From Lingula anatina (taxonomy: Eukaryota > Animalia > Brachiopoda), in NCBI GenBank assembly GCA_051362555.1, contig CM120642.1:12772001-12836000 (forward strand): a stretch of DNA of 64,000 bases. The letters are read 5' to 3'. Numbering within the stretch: position 1 is the first letter of the stretch; every line of letters starts with the position of its first letter. Shown here piece by piece: positions 9,752-24,700 of this stretch. Under the pieces are notes generated by a model. That model made no database searches, was not told the DNA's origin, and saw only the letters and a list, made by a program, of their open reading frames with translations. The position numbers were made by a program, and so were the translations under genes.

Positions 9752-12700
9752 TAATCTTGTTTTTCATTTCTTTTTACAGGACAAAGAAGATGATGAGCGA
9801 CCCCAACCGGACATGGACTTCACTCTTGGATCCAAGCTAAGGTTAGTAAATTTTATTTTTTTTGGGGTGGTGGGATGGGTAAATTGAATAAATCTAATCT
9901 CGTTTTTCATTTCTTTTTACAGGACAAAGAAGATGACGAGCGACCCCACCCAGACATGGACTTCACTCTTGGATCCAAGCTAAGGTTAGTAAATTTTATT
10001 TTTTGGGGGTGGTGTGATGGTTAAATTGAAAAAATCTAATCTTGTTTTTCATTTCTTTTTACAGGACAAAGAAGATGACGAGTGACCCCACCCAGACATG
10101 GACTTCACTCTTGGATCCAAGCTAAGGTTAGTAAATTTTAATATTTTGGGGTGGTTTAATGGGTAAATTGAAAAAATCATATCTTCTTTTTAATTTCTTT
10201 TTACAGGACAAAGAAGATGACGAACGACCCTAACCGGACAAGGACTTCACTCTTGGATCCAAGCTAAGGTTAGTAAATTTTATTTTTTTGGGGTGGTGGG
10301 ATGGTTAAATTGAATAAATCTAATATCATTTTTCATTTCTTTTTACAGAACAAAGAAGATGACGAGCGACCCCAAGCGGACATAGACTTCACTCTTGGAT
10401 CCAAGCTAAGGTTAGTAAATTTTATTTTTTTTTGGGGTGGTGGGATGGGTAAATTGAATAAATCTAATCTCGTTTTTCATTTCTTTTTACAGGACAAAGA
10501 AGATGACGAGCGACCCCACCCAGACATGGACTTCACTCTTGGATCCAAGCTAAGGTTAGTAAATTTTATTTTTTGGGGGTGGTGTGATGGTTAAATTGAA
10601 AAAATCTAATCTTGTTTTTCATTTCTTTTTACAGGACAAAGAAGATGAAGAGCGACCCCACCCGGACATCGACTTCACTCTTGGATCCAAGCTAAGGTTA
10701 GTAAATTTTATTTTTTTCGGGTGATGAGATGGGTAATTTGAATAAATCTAATCTAGTTTTTCATTTCTATTTACAGGACAAAGAAGATGATGAGCCACCC
10801 CAACCGGACATTGACTTCACTCTTGGATCCAAGCTAAGGTTAGTAAATTTTATTTTTTTGGGGTGGTGGGATGGTTAAATTGAATAAATCTAATATCATT
10901 TTTCATTTCTTTTTACAGAACAAAGAAGATGACGAGCGACCCCAAGCGGACATAGACTTCACTCTTGGATCCAAGCTAAGGTTAGTAAATTTTATTTTTT
11001 TTTGGGGTGGTGGGATGGGTAAATTGAATAAATCTAATATCGTTTTTCATTTCTTTTTACAGGACAAAGTAGATGACGAGCGACCCCAACCGGACATGGT
11101 CCTCACTATTGGATCCAAGCTAAGGTTAGTAAATTTTATTTTTTTGGGGTGGTGGGATGGGTAAATTGAATAAATCTAATATCATTTTTCATTTCTTTTT
11201 GCAGGACAAAGAAGATGACGAGCGACACCACCCAGACATCGACTCTACTCTTGGATCCAAGCTAAGGTAAGTAAATTTTATTTTTTTGGTGTGGTGGGAT
11301 GGGTAAATTGAATAAATCATATCTTCTTTTTCATTTCTTTTTACAGGACAAAGAAGATGAAGAGCGACCCCACCCGGACATCGACTTCACTCTTGGATCC
11401 AAGCTAAGGTTAGTAAATTTTATTTTTTTCGGGTGATGAGATGGGTAATTTGAATAAATCTAATCTAGTTTTTCATTTCTATTTACAGGACAAAGAAGAT
11501 GATGAGCCACCCCAACCGGACATTGACTTCACTCTTGGATCCAAGCTAAGGTTAGTAAATTTTATTTTTTTGGGGTGGTGGGATGGGTAAATTGAATAAA
11601 TCTAATATCGTTTTTCATTTCTTTTTACAGGACAAAGTAGATGACGAGCGACCCCAACCGGACATGGTCCTCACTATTGGATCCAAGCTAAGGTTAGTAA
11701 ATTTTATTTTTTTGGGGTGATGGGATGGGTAAATTGAATAAATCTAATATCGTTTTTCATTTCTTTTTACAGGACAAAGTAGATGACGAGCGACCCCAAC
11801 CGGACATGGTCCTCACTATTGGATCCAAGCTAAGGTTAGTAAATTTTATTTTTTTGGGGTGGTGGGATGGGTAAATTGAATAAATCTAATCTCGTTTTTC
11901 ATTTCTTTTTACAGGACAAAGAAGATGACGAGCGACCCCACCCAGACATGGACTTCACTCTTGGATCCAAGCTAAGGTTAGTAAATTTTATTTTTTTGGT
12001 GTGGTGGGATGGGTAAATTGAATAAATCTAATCTCGTTTTTCATTTCTTTTTACAGGACAAAGAAGATGACGAGCGACCCCAACCGGACATGGACTTCAC
12101 TCTTGGATCCAAGCTAAGGTTAATAAATTTTTTTTTTTGGGGGTGGTGGGATGGGTAAATTGAATAAATCTAATCTAGTTTTTCGTTTCTTTTTACAGGA
12201 CAAAGAAGATGACAAGCGACACCACCCAGACATCGACTTCACTCTTGGATCCAAGCTGAGGTAAGTAAATTTATTTTTTTGGTGTGGTGGGATGGGTAAA
12301 TTGAATAAATCTAATCTTGTTTTTCATTTCTACTGACAGGACAAAGAAGATGACGAGCGACCCCACCTGGACATGGACTTCACTCTTGGATCCAAGCTAA
12401 GGTAAGTAAATTTTATTTTTTTGGGGTGGTGGGATGGGTAAATTGAATAAATCTAATATCTTTTTTCATTTCTTTTTACAGGACAAAGTAGATGACAAGC
12501 GACCCCAACCGGACATGGACCTCACTATTGGATCCAAGCTAAGGTTAGTAAATTTTATTTTTTTGGGGTGGTGGGATGGGTAAATTGAATAAATCTAATC
12601 TCGTTTTTCATTTCTTTTTACAGGACAAAGAAGATGACATGGACTTCACTCTTGGATCCTAGCTAAGGTTAGTAAATTTTATTTTTTTGGTGTGGTGGGA

Positions 12701-15700
12701 TGGGTAAATTGAATAAATCTAATCTTGTTTTTCATTTCTAATTACAGGACAAAAAAGATGACGAGCGACCCCACCCAGACATCGACTTCACTCTTGGATC
12801 CAAGCTAAGGTAAGTAAATTAATTTTTTTGGTGTGGTGGGATGGGTAAATTGAATAAATCTAATTTTGTTTTTCATTTCTTTTTACAGGACAAAGAAGAT
12901 GACGAGCGACCCCACCTGGACATGGACTTCACTCTTGGATCCAAGCTAAGGTTAGTAAATTTTATTTTTTTGGGGTGGTGGGATGGGTACTTTTAATAAA
13001 TCTAATCTAGTTTTTCATTTCTTTTTACAGGACAAAGAAGATGACGAGTGACCCCAGCCAGACATGGACTTCACTCTTGGATCCAAGCTAAGGTTAGTAA
13101 ATTTTATTTTTTTGATGTGGTGGATTGCGTAAATTGAATAAATCTAATCTTGTTTTTCATTTATTTTTACAGGACAAAGAAGATGACGAGCGACCCCAAC
13201 CGGACATGGACTTCACTCTTGGATCCAAACTAAGGTTAGTAAATTTTATTTTTTTTGATGTGGTGGATTGGGTAAATTGAATAAATCTAATCTTGTTTTT
13301 CATTTCTATTTACAGGACAAAGAAGATGACGAACGACCCCACCTGGACATGGACTTCACTCTTGGATCCAAGCTAAGGTTAGTAAATTTTATTTTTTTGG
13401 TGTGGTGGGATGGGTAAATTGAATAAATCTAATCTAGTTTTTCATTTCTTTTTACAGGACAAAGAAGATGACTAGTGACCCCAGCCAGACATGGACTTCA
13501 CTCTTGGATCCAAGCTAAGGTTAGTAAGTTTTATTTTTTTGATGTGGTGGATTGGGTAAATTGAATAAATCTAATCTTGTTTTTCATTTATTTTTACAGG
13601 ACAAAGAAGATGACGAGCGACCCCAACCGGACATGGACTTCACTCTTGGATCCAAACTAAGGTTAGTAAATTTTATTTTTTGGGGTGGTGGGATGGGTAA
13701 ATTGAATAAATCTAATCTTGTTTTTCATATCTTTTTACAGGACAAAGAAGATGACGAATGACCCGAACCGGACATGGACTTCACTCTTGGATCCAAGCTA
13801 AGGTTAGTAAATTTTATTTTTTTGATGTGGTGGATTGGGTAAATTGAATAAATCTAATCTTGTTTTTCATTTATTTTTACAGGACAAAGAAGATGACGAG
13901 CGACCCCAACCGGACATGGACTTCACTCTTGGATCCAAAGTAAGGTTAGTAAATTTTATTTTTTTTGGGATGGTGGGATGGGTAAATTGAATAAATCTAA
14001 TATCATTTTTCATTTCTTTTTACAGGACAAAGAAGATGACGAGCGACCCCACCTGGACATGGACTTCACTCTTGGATCCAAGCTAAGGTTAGTAAATTTT
14101 ATTTTTTTGGGGTGGTGGGATGGGTAAATTGAATAAATCTAATCTAGTTTTTCGTTTCTTTTTACAGGACAAAGAAGATGACGAGCGACCCCACCCAGAC
14201 ATGGACTTCACTCTTGGATCCTAGCTAAGGTTAGTAAATTTTATTTTTTTGGGGTGGTGGGATGGGTAAATTGAATAAATCTAATCTAGTTTTTCGTTTC
14301 TTTTTACAGGACAAAGAAGATGACGAGCGACCCCACCCAGACATTGACTTCACTCTTGGATCCAAGCTAAGGTTAGTAAATTTTATTTTTTTGGGGTGGT
14401 GGGATGGGTAAATTGAATAAATCTAATCTAGTTTTTCGTTTCTTTTTACAGGACAAAGAAGATGACGAGCGACCCCACCCAGACATCGACTTCACTCTTG
14501 GATCCAAGCTATGGTTAGTAAATTTAATTTTTTTGGGGGTGTTGGGATGGGAAAATGAATAAACCTAATCTCTTTTTTCATTTCTTTTTACAGGACAAAG
14601 AAGATGACGAACGACCCTAACCGGACAAGGACTTCACTCTTGGATCCAAGCTAAGGTTAGTAAATTTTATTTTTTTTGGGATGGTGGGATGGGTAAATTG
14701 AATAAATCTAATATCATTTTTCATTTCTTTTTACAGGACAAAGAAGATGACGAGCGACCCCACCCAGACATCGACTTCACTCTTGGATCCAAGCTAAGGT
14801 AAGTAAATTAATTTTTTTGGTGTGGTGGGATGGGTAAATTGAATAAATCTAATTTTGTTTTTCATTTCTTTTTACAGGACAAAGAAGATGACGAGCGACC
14901 CCACCTGGACATGGACTTCACTCTTGGATCCAAGCTAAGGTTAGTAAATTTTATTTTTTTGGGGTGGTGGGATGGGTACTTTTAATAAATCTAATCTAGT
15001 TTTTCATTTCTTTTTACAGGACAAAGAAGATGACGAGTGACCCCAGCCAGACATGGACTTCACTCTTGGATCCAAGCTAAGGTTAGTAAATTTTATTTTT
15101 TTGATGTGGTGGATTGCGTAAATTGAATAAATCTAATCTTGTTTTTCATTTATTTTTACAGGACAAAGAAGATGACGAGCGACCCCAACCGGACATGGAC
15201 TTCACTCTTGGATCCAAACTAAGGTTAGTAAATTTTATTTTTTTTGATGTGGTGGATTGGGTAAATTGAATAAATCTAATCTTGTTTTTCATTTCTATTT
15301 ACAGGACAAAGAAGATGACGAACGACCCCACCTGGACATGGACTTCACTCTTGGATCCAAGCTAAGGTTAGTAAATTTTATTTTTTTGGTGTGGTGGGAT
15401 GGGTAAATTGAATAAATCTAATCTAGTTTTTCATTTCTTTTTACAGGACAAAGAAGATGACTAGTGACCCCAGCCAGACATGGACTTCACTCTTGGATCC
15501 AAGCTAAGGTTAGTAAGTTTTATTTTTTTGATGTGGTGGATTGGGTAAATTGAATAAATCTAATCTTGTTTTTCATTTATTTTTACAGGACAAAGAAGAT
15601 GACGAGCGACCCCAACCGGACATGGACTTCACTCTTGGATCCAAACTAAGGTTAGTAAATTTTATTTTTTGGGGTGGTGGGATGGGTAAATTGAATAAAT

Positions 15701-18700
15701 CTAATCTTGTTTTTCATATCTTTTTACAGGACAAAGAAGATGACGAATGACCCGAACCGGACATGGACTTCACTCTTGGATCCAAGCTAAGGTTAGTAAA
15801 TTTTATTTTTTTGATGTGGTGGATTGGGTAAATTGAATAAATCTAATCTTGTTTTTCATTTATTTTTACAGGACAAAGAAGATGACGAGCGACCCCAACC
15901 GGACATGGACTTCACTCTTGGATCCAAAGTAAGGTTAGTAAATTTTATTTTTTTGATGTGGTGGATTGGGTAAATTGAATAAATCTAATCTTGTTTTTCA
16001 TTTCTATTTACAGGACAAAGAAGATGACGAACGACCCCACCTGGACATGGACTTCACTCTTGGATCCAAGCTAAGGTTAGTAAATTTTATTTTTTTGGGG
16101 TGGTGGGATGGGTAAATTGAATAAATCTAATTTTGTTTTTCATTTCTTTTTACAGGACAAAGAAGATGACGAGCGACCCCACCTGGACATGGACTTCACT
16201 CTTGGATCCAAGCTAAGGTTAGTAAATTTTATTTTTTTGGGGTGGTGGGATGGGTAATTTTAATAAATCTAATCTAGTTTTTCATTTCTTTTTACAGGAC
16301 AAAGAAGATGACGAGCGACCCCATCCAGACATGGACTTCACTCTTGGATCCAAGCTAAGGTTAGTAAATTTTATTTTTTTGATGTGGTGGATTGGGTAAA
16401 TTGAATAAATCTAATCTTGTTTTTCATTTCTATTTACAGGACAAAGAAGATGACGAGCGACCCCACCTGGACATGGACTTCACTCTTGGATCCAAGCTAA
16501 GGTTAGTAAATTTTATTTTTTTGGTGTGGTGGGATGGGTAAATTGAATAAATCTAATCTAGTTTTTCATTTCTTTTTACAGGACAAAGAAGATGACGAGT
16601 GACCCCAGCCAGACATGGACTTCACTCTTGGATCCAAGCTAAGGTTAGTAAATTTTATTTTTTTGATGTGGTGGATTGGGTAAATTGAATAAATCTAATC
16701 TTGTTTTTCATTTATTTTTACAGGACAAAGAAGATGACGAGCGACCCCAACCGGACATGGACTTCACTCTTGGATCCAAACTAAGGTTAGTAAATTTTAT
16801 TTTTTTTGATGTGGTGGATTGGGTAAATTGAATAAATCTAATCTTGTTTTTCATTTCTATTTACAGGACAAAGAAGATGACGAACGACCCCACCTGGACA
16901 TGGACTTCACTCTTGGATCCAAGCTAAGGTTAGTAAATTTCATTTTTTTGGTGTGGTGGGATGGGTAAATTGAATAAATCTAATCTAGTTTTTCATTTCT
17001 TTTTACAAGACAAAGAAGATGACTAGTGACCCCAGCCAGACATGGACTTCACTCTTGGATCCAAGCTAAGGTTAGTAAATTTTATTTTTTTGATGTGGTG
17101 GATTGGGTAAATTGAATAAATCTAATCTTGTTTTTCATTTATTTTTACAGGACAAAGAAGATGACGAGCGACCCCAACCGGACATGGACTTCACTCTTGG
17201 ATCCAAACTAAGGTTAGTAAATTTTATTTTTTGGGGTGGTGGGATGGGTAAATTGAATAAATCTAATCTTGTTTTTCATATCTTTTTACAGGACAAAGAA
17301 GATGACTAGTGACCCGAACCGGACATGGACTTCACTCTTGGATCCAAGCTAAGGTTAGTAAATTTTATTTTTTTGATGTGGTGGATTGGGTAAATTGAAT
17401 AAATCTAATCTTGTTTTTCATTTATTTTTACAGGACAAAGAAGATGACGAGCGACCCCAACCGGACATGGACTTCACTCTTGGATCCAAAGTAAGGTTAG
17501 TAAATTTTATTTTTTTGATGTGGTGGATTGGGTAAATTGAATAAATCTAATCTTGTTTTTCATTTCTATTTACAGGACAAAGAAGATGACGAACGACCCC
17601 ACCTGGACATGGACTTCACTCTTGGATCCAAGCTAAGGTTAGTAAATTTTATTTTTTTGGGGTGGTGGGATGGGTAAATTGAATAAATCTAATTTTGTTT
17701 TTCATTTCTTTTTACAGGACAAAGAAGATGACGAGCGACCCCACCTGGACATGGACTTCACTCTTGGATCCAAGCTAAGGTTAGTAAATTTTATTTTTTT
17801 GGGGTGTTGGGATGGGTACTTTTAATAAATCTAATCTAGTTTTTCATTTCTATTTACAGGACAAAGAAGATGACGAGCGACCCCACCTGGACATGGACTT
17901 CACTCTTGGATCCAAGCTAAGGTTAGTAAATTTTATTTTTTTGGTGTGGTGGGATGGGTAAATTGAATAAATCTAATCTAGTTTTTCATTTCTTTTTACA
18001 GGACAAAGAAGATGACTAGTGACCCCAGCCAGACATGGACTTCACTCTTGGATCCAAGCTAAGGTTAGTAAATTTTATTTTTTTGATGTGGTGGATTGGG
18101 TAAATTGAATAAATCTAATCTTGTTTTTCATTTATTTTTACAGGACAAAGAAGATGACGAGCGACCCCAACCGGACATGGACTTCACTCTTGGATCCAAA
18201 CTAAGGTTAGTAAATTTTATTTTTTTTGATGTGGTGGATTGGGTAAATTGAATAAATCTAATCTTGTTTTTCATTTCTATTTACAGGACAAAGAAGATGA
18301 CGAACGACCCCACCTGGACATGGACTTCACTCTTGGATCCAAGCTAAGGTTAGTAAATTTTATTTTTTTGGTGTGGTGGGATGGGTAAATTGAATAAATC
18401 TAATCTAGTTTTTCATTTCTTTTTACAGGACAAAGAAGATGACTAGTGACCCCAGCCAGACATGGACTTCACTCTTGGATCCAAGCTAAGGTTAGTAAAT
18501 TTTATTTTTTTGATGTGGTGGATTGGGTAAATTGAATAAATCTAATCTTGTTTTTCATTTATTTTTACAGGACAAAGAAGATGACGAGCGACCCCAACCG
18601 GACATGGACTTCACTCTTGGATCCAAACTAAGGTTAGTAAATTTTATTTTTTGGGGTGGTGGGATGGGTAAATTGAATAAATCTAATCTTGTTTTTCATA

Positions 18701-21700
18701 TCTTTTTACAGGACAAAGAAGATGACTAGTGACCCGAACCGGACATGGACTTCACTCTTGGATCCAAGCTAAGGTTAGTAAATTTTATTTTTTTGATGTG
18801 GTGGATTGGGTAAATTGAATAAATCTAATCTTGTTTTTCATTTATTTTTACAGGACAAAGAAGATGACGAGCGACCCCAACCGGACATGGACTTCACTCT
18901 TGGATCCAAAGTAAGGTTAGTAAATTTTATTTTTTTGATGTGGTGGATTGGGTAAATTGAATAAATCTAATCTTGTTTTTCATTTCTATTTACAGGACAA
19001 AGAAGATGACGAACGACCCCACCTGGACATGGACTTCACTCTTGGATCCAAGCTAAGGTTAGTAAATTTTATTTTTTTGGGGTGGTGGGATGGGTAAATT
19101 GAATAAATCTAATTTTGTTTTTCATTTCTTTTTACAGGACAAAGAAGATGACGAGCGACCCCACCTGGACATGGACTTCACTCTTGGATCCAAGCTAAGG
19201 TTAGTAAATTTTATTTTTTTGGTGTGGTGGGATGGGTAAATTGAATAAATCTAATCTAGTTTTTCGTTTCTTTTTACAGGACAAAGAAGATGACGAGCGA
19301 CCCCACCCAGACATGGACTTCACTCTTGGATCCTAGCTAAGGTTAGTAAATTTTATTTTTTTGGGGTGGTGGGATGGGTAAATTGAATAAATCTAATCTA
19401 GTTTTTCGTTTCTTTTTACAGGACAAAGAAGATGACGAGCGACCCCACCCAGACATTGACTTCACTCTTGGATCCAAGCTAAGGTTAGTAAATTTTATTT
19501 TTTTGGGGTGGTGGGATGGGTAAATTGAATAAATCTAATCTAGTTTTTCGTTTCTTTTTACAGGACAAAGAAGATGACGAGCGACCCCACCCAGACATCG
19601 ACTTCACTCTTGGATCCAAGCTATGGTTAGTAAATTTAATTTTTTTGGGGGTGTTGGGATGGGAAAATGAATAAACCTAATCTCTTTTTTCATTTCTTTT
19701 TACAGGACAAAGAAGATGACGAACGACCCTAACCGGACAAGGACTTCACTCTTGGATCCAAGCTAAGGTTAGTAAATTTTATTTTTTTTGGGATGGTGGG
19801 ATGGGTAAATTGAATAAATCTAATATCATTTTTCATTTCTTTTTACAGGACAAAGAAGATGACGAGCGACCCCACCCAGACATCGACTTCACTCTTGGAT
19901 CCAAGCTAAGGTAAGTAAATTAATTTTTTTGGTGTGGTGGGATGGGTAAATTGAATAAATCTAATTTTGTTTTTCATTTCTTTTTACAGGACAAAGAAGA
20001 TGACGAGCGACCCCACCTGGACATGGACTTCACTCTTGGATCCAAGCTAAGGTTAGTAAATTTTATTTTTTTGGGGTGGTGGGATGGGTACTTTTAATAA
20101 ATCTAATCTAGTTTTTCATTTCTTTTTACAGGACAAAGAAGATGACGAGCGACCCCATCCAGACATGGACTTCACTCTTGGATCCAAGCTAAGGTTAGTA
20201 AATTTTATTTTTTTGATGTGGTGGATTGGGTAAATTGAATAAATCTAATCTTGTTTTTCATTTCTATTTACAGGACAAAGAAGATGACGAGCGACCCCAC
20301 CTGGACATGGACTTCACTCTTGGATCCAAGCTAAGGTTAGTAAATTTTATTTTTTTGGTGTGGTGGGATGGGTAAATTGAATAAATCTAATCTAGTTTTT
20401 CATTTCTTTTTACAGGACAAAGAAGATGACTAGTGACCCCAGCCAGACATGGACTTCACTCTTGGATCCAAGCTAAGGTTAGTAAATTTTATTTTTTTGA
20501 TGTGGTGGATTGGGTAAATTGAATAAATCTAATCTTGTTTTTCATTTATTTTTACAGGACAAAGAAGATGACGAGCGACCCCAACCGGACATGGACTTCA
20601 CTCTTGGATCCAAACTAAGGTTAGTAAATTTTATTTTTTGGGGTGGTGGGATGGGTAAATTGAATAAATCTAATCTTGTTTTTCATATCTTTTTACAGGA
20701 CAAAGAAGATGACTAGTGACCCGAACCGGACATGGACTTCACTCTTGGATCCAAGCTAAGGTTAGTAAATTTTATTTTTTTGATGTGGTGGATTGGGTAA
20801 ATTGAATAAATCTAATCTTGTTTTTCATTTATTTTTACAGGACAAAGAAGATGACGAGCGACCCCAACCGGACATGGACTTCACTCTTGGATCCAAAGTA
20901 AGGTTAGTAAATTTTATTTTTTTGATGTGGTGGATTGGGTAAATTGAATAAATCTAATCTTGTTTTTCATTTCTATTTACAGGACAAAGAAGATGACGAA
21001 CGACCCCACCTGGACATGGACTTCACTCTTGGATCCAAGCTAAGGTTAGTAAATTTTATTTTTTTGGGGTGGTGGGATGGGTAAATTGAATAAATCTAAT
21101 TTTGTTTTTCATTTCTTTTTACAGGACAAAGAAGATGACGAGCGACCCCACCTGGACATGGACTTCACTCTTGGATCCAAGCTAAGGTTAGTAAATTTTA
21201 TTTTTTTGGTGTGGTGGGATGGGTAAATTGAATAAATCTAATCTAGTTTTTCATTTCTTTTTACAGGACAAAGAAGATGACGAGTGACCCCAGCCAGACA
21301 TGGACTTCACTCTTGGATCCAAGCTAAGGTTAGTAAATTTTATTTTTTTGATGTGGTGGATTGGGTAAATTGAATAAATCTAATCTTGTTTTTCATTTAT
21401 TTTTACAGGACAAAGAAGATGACGAGCGACCCCAACCGGACATGGACTTCACTCTTGGATCCAAACTAAGGTTAGTAAATTTTATTTTTTGGGGTGGTGG
21501 GATGGGTAAATTGAATAAATCTAATCTTGTTTTTCATATCTTTTTACAGGACAAAGAAGATGACGAATGACCCGAACCGGACATGGACTTCACTCTTGGA
21601 TCCAAGCTAAGGTTAGTAAATTTTATTTTTTTGATGTGGTGGATTGGGTAAATTGAATAAATCTAATCTTGTTTTTCATTTATTTTTACAGGACAAAGAA

Positions 21701-24700
21701 GATGACGAGCGACCCCAACCGGACATGGACTTCACTCTTGGATCCAAAGTAAGGTTAGTAAATTTTATTTTTTTGATGTGGTGGATTGGGTAAATTGAAT
21801 AAATCTAATCTTGTTTTTCATTTCTATTTACAGGACAAAGAAGATGACGAACGACCCCACCTGGACATGGACTTCACTCTTGGATCCAAGCTAAGGTTAG
21901 TAAATTTTATTTTTTTGGGGTGGTGGGATGGGTAAATTGAATAAATCTAATTTTGTTTTTCATTTCTTTTTACAGGACAAAGAAGATGACGAGCGACCCC
22001 ACCTGGACATGGACTTCACTCTTGGATCCAAGCTAAGGTTAGTAAATTTTATTTTTTTGGGGTGGTGGGATGGGTACTTTTAATAAATCTAATCTAGTTT
22101 TTCATTTCTTTTTACAGGACAAAGAAGATGACGAGCGACCCCATCCAGACATGGACTTCACTTTTGGATCCAAGCTAAGGTTAGTAAATTTTATTTTTTT
22201 GATGTGGTGGATTGGGTAGATTGAATAAATCTAATCTTGTTTTTCATTTCTATTTACAGGACAAAGAAGATGACGAGCGACCCCACCTGGACATGGACTT
22301 CACTCTTGGATCCAAGCTAAGGTAAGTAAATTAATTTTTTTGGTGTGGTGGGATGGGTAAATTGAATAAATCTAATTTTGTTTTTCATTTCTTTTTACAG
22401 GACAAAGAAGATGACGAGTGACCCCAGCCAGACATGGACTTCACTCTTGGATCCAAGCTAAGGTTAGTAAATTTTATTTTTTTGATGTGGTGGATTGGGT
22501 AAATTGAATAAATCTAATCTTGTTTTTCATTTATTTTTACAGGACAAAGAAGATGACGAGCGACCCCAACCGGATATGGACTTCACTCTTGGATCCAAAC
22601 TAAGGTTAGTAAATTTTATTTTTTTGATGTGGTGGATTGGGTAAATTGAATAAATCTAATCTTGTTTTTCATTTCTATTTACAGGACAAAGAAGATGACG
22701 AACGACCCCACCTGGACATGGACTTCACTCTTGGATCCAAGCTAAGGTCAGTAAATTTTATTTTTTTGGGGTGGTGGGATGGGTAAATTGAATAAATCTA
22801 ATCTAGTTTTTCATTTCTTTTTACAGGACAAAGAAGATGACGAGCGACCCCACCCAGACATCGACTTCACTCTTGGATCCAAGCTATGGTTAGTAAATTT
22901 AATTTTTTTGGGGGTGTTGGGATGGGAAAATGAATAAACCTAATCTCTTTTTTCATTTCTTTTTACAGGACAAAGAAGATGACGAACGACCCTAACCGGA
23001 CAAGGACTTCACTCTTGGATCCAAGCTAAGGTTAGTAAATTTTATTTTTTTTGGGATGGTGGGATGGGTAAATTGAATAAATCTAATATCATTTTTCATT
23101 TCTTTTTACAGGACAAAGAAGATGACGAGTGACCCCACCCAGACATCGACTTCACTCTTGGATCCAAGCTAAGGTTAGTAAATTTAATTTTTTTCGGGTG
23201 ATGGGATGGGTAATTTGAATAAATCTAATCTTGTTTTTCATTTCTAATTACAGGACAAAGAAGATGACGAGCGACCCCACCTGGACATGGACTTCACTCT
23301 TGGATCCAAGCTAAGGTTAGTAAATTTTATTTTTTTGGGGTGGTGGGATGGGTAAATTGAATAAATCTTATATCTTTTTTCATTTCTTTTTACAGGACAA
23401 AGTAGATGACTAGCGACCCCAACCAGACATGGACCTCACTATTGGATCCTAGCTAAGGTTAGTAAATTTTATTTTTTTGGGGTGGTGGGATGGGTAAATT
23501 GAATAAATCTAATCTAGTTTTTCGTTTCTTTTTACAGGACAAAGAAGATGACGAGAGACCCCACCCAGACATGGACTTCACTCTTGGATCCAAGCTAAGG
23601 TTAGTAAATTTTATTTTTTTGGTGTGGTGGGATGGGTAAATTGAATAAATCTAATCTCGTTTTTCATTTCTTTTTACAGGACAAAGAAGATGACGAGCGA
23701 CCACAACCGGACATGGACTTCACTCTTGGATCCAAGCTAAGGTTAATAAATTTTATTTTTTTGGGGTGGTGGGATGGGTAAATTGAATAAATCTAATCTA
23801 GTTTTTCGTTTCTTTTTACAGGACAAAGAAGATGACAAGCGACACCACCCAGACATCGACTTCACTCTTGGATCCAAGGTGAGGTAAGTAAATTTATTTT
23901 TTTGGTGTGGTGGGATGGGTAAATTGAATAAATCTAATCTTGTTTTTCATTTCTACTGACAGGACAAAGAAGATGACGAGCGACCCCACCTGGACATGGA
24001 CTTCACTCTTGGATCCAAGCTAAGGTTAGTAAATTTTATTTTTTTGGGGTGGTGGGATGGGTAAATTGAATAAATCTAATATCTTTTTTCATTTCTTTTT
24101 ACAGGACAAAGTAGATGACAAGCGACCCCAACCGGACATGGACCTCACTATTGGATCCAAGCTAAGGTTAGTAAATTTTATTTTTTTGGGGTGGTGGGAT
24201 GGGTAAATTGAATAAATCTAATCTCGTTTTTCATTTCTTTTTACAGGACAAAGAAGATGACGAGCGACCCCACCCAGACATGGACTTCACTCTTGGATCC
24301 TAGCTAAGGTTAGTAAATTTTATTTTTTTGGTGTGGTGGGATGGGTAAATTGAATAAATCTAATCTTGTTTTTCATTTCTAATTACAGGACAAAGAAGAT
24401 GACGAGCGACCCCACCTGGACATGGACTTCACTCTTGGATCCAAGCTAAGGTTAGTAAATTTTATTTTTTTGGGGTGGTGGGATGGGTACTTTTAATAAA
24501 TCTAATCTAGTTTTTCATTTCTTTTTACAGGACAAAGAAGATGACGAGTGACCCCAGCCAGACATGGACTTCACTCTTGGATCCAAGCTAAGGTTAGTAA
24601 ATTTTATTTTTTTGATGTGGTGGATTGGGTAAATTGAATAAATCTAATCTTGTTTTTCATTTATTTTTACAGGACAAAGAAGATGACGAGCGACCCCAAC

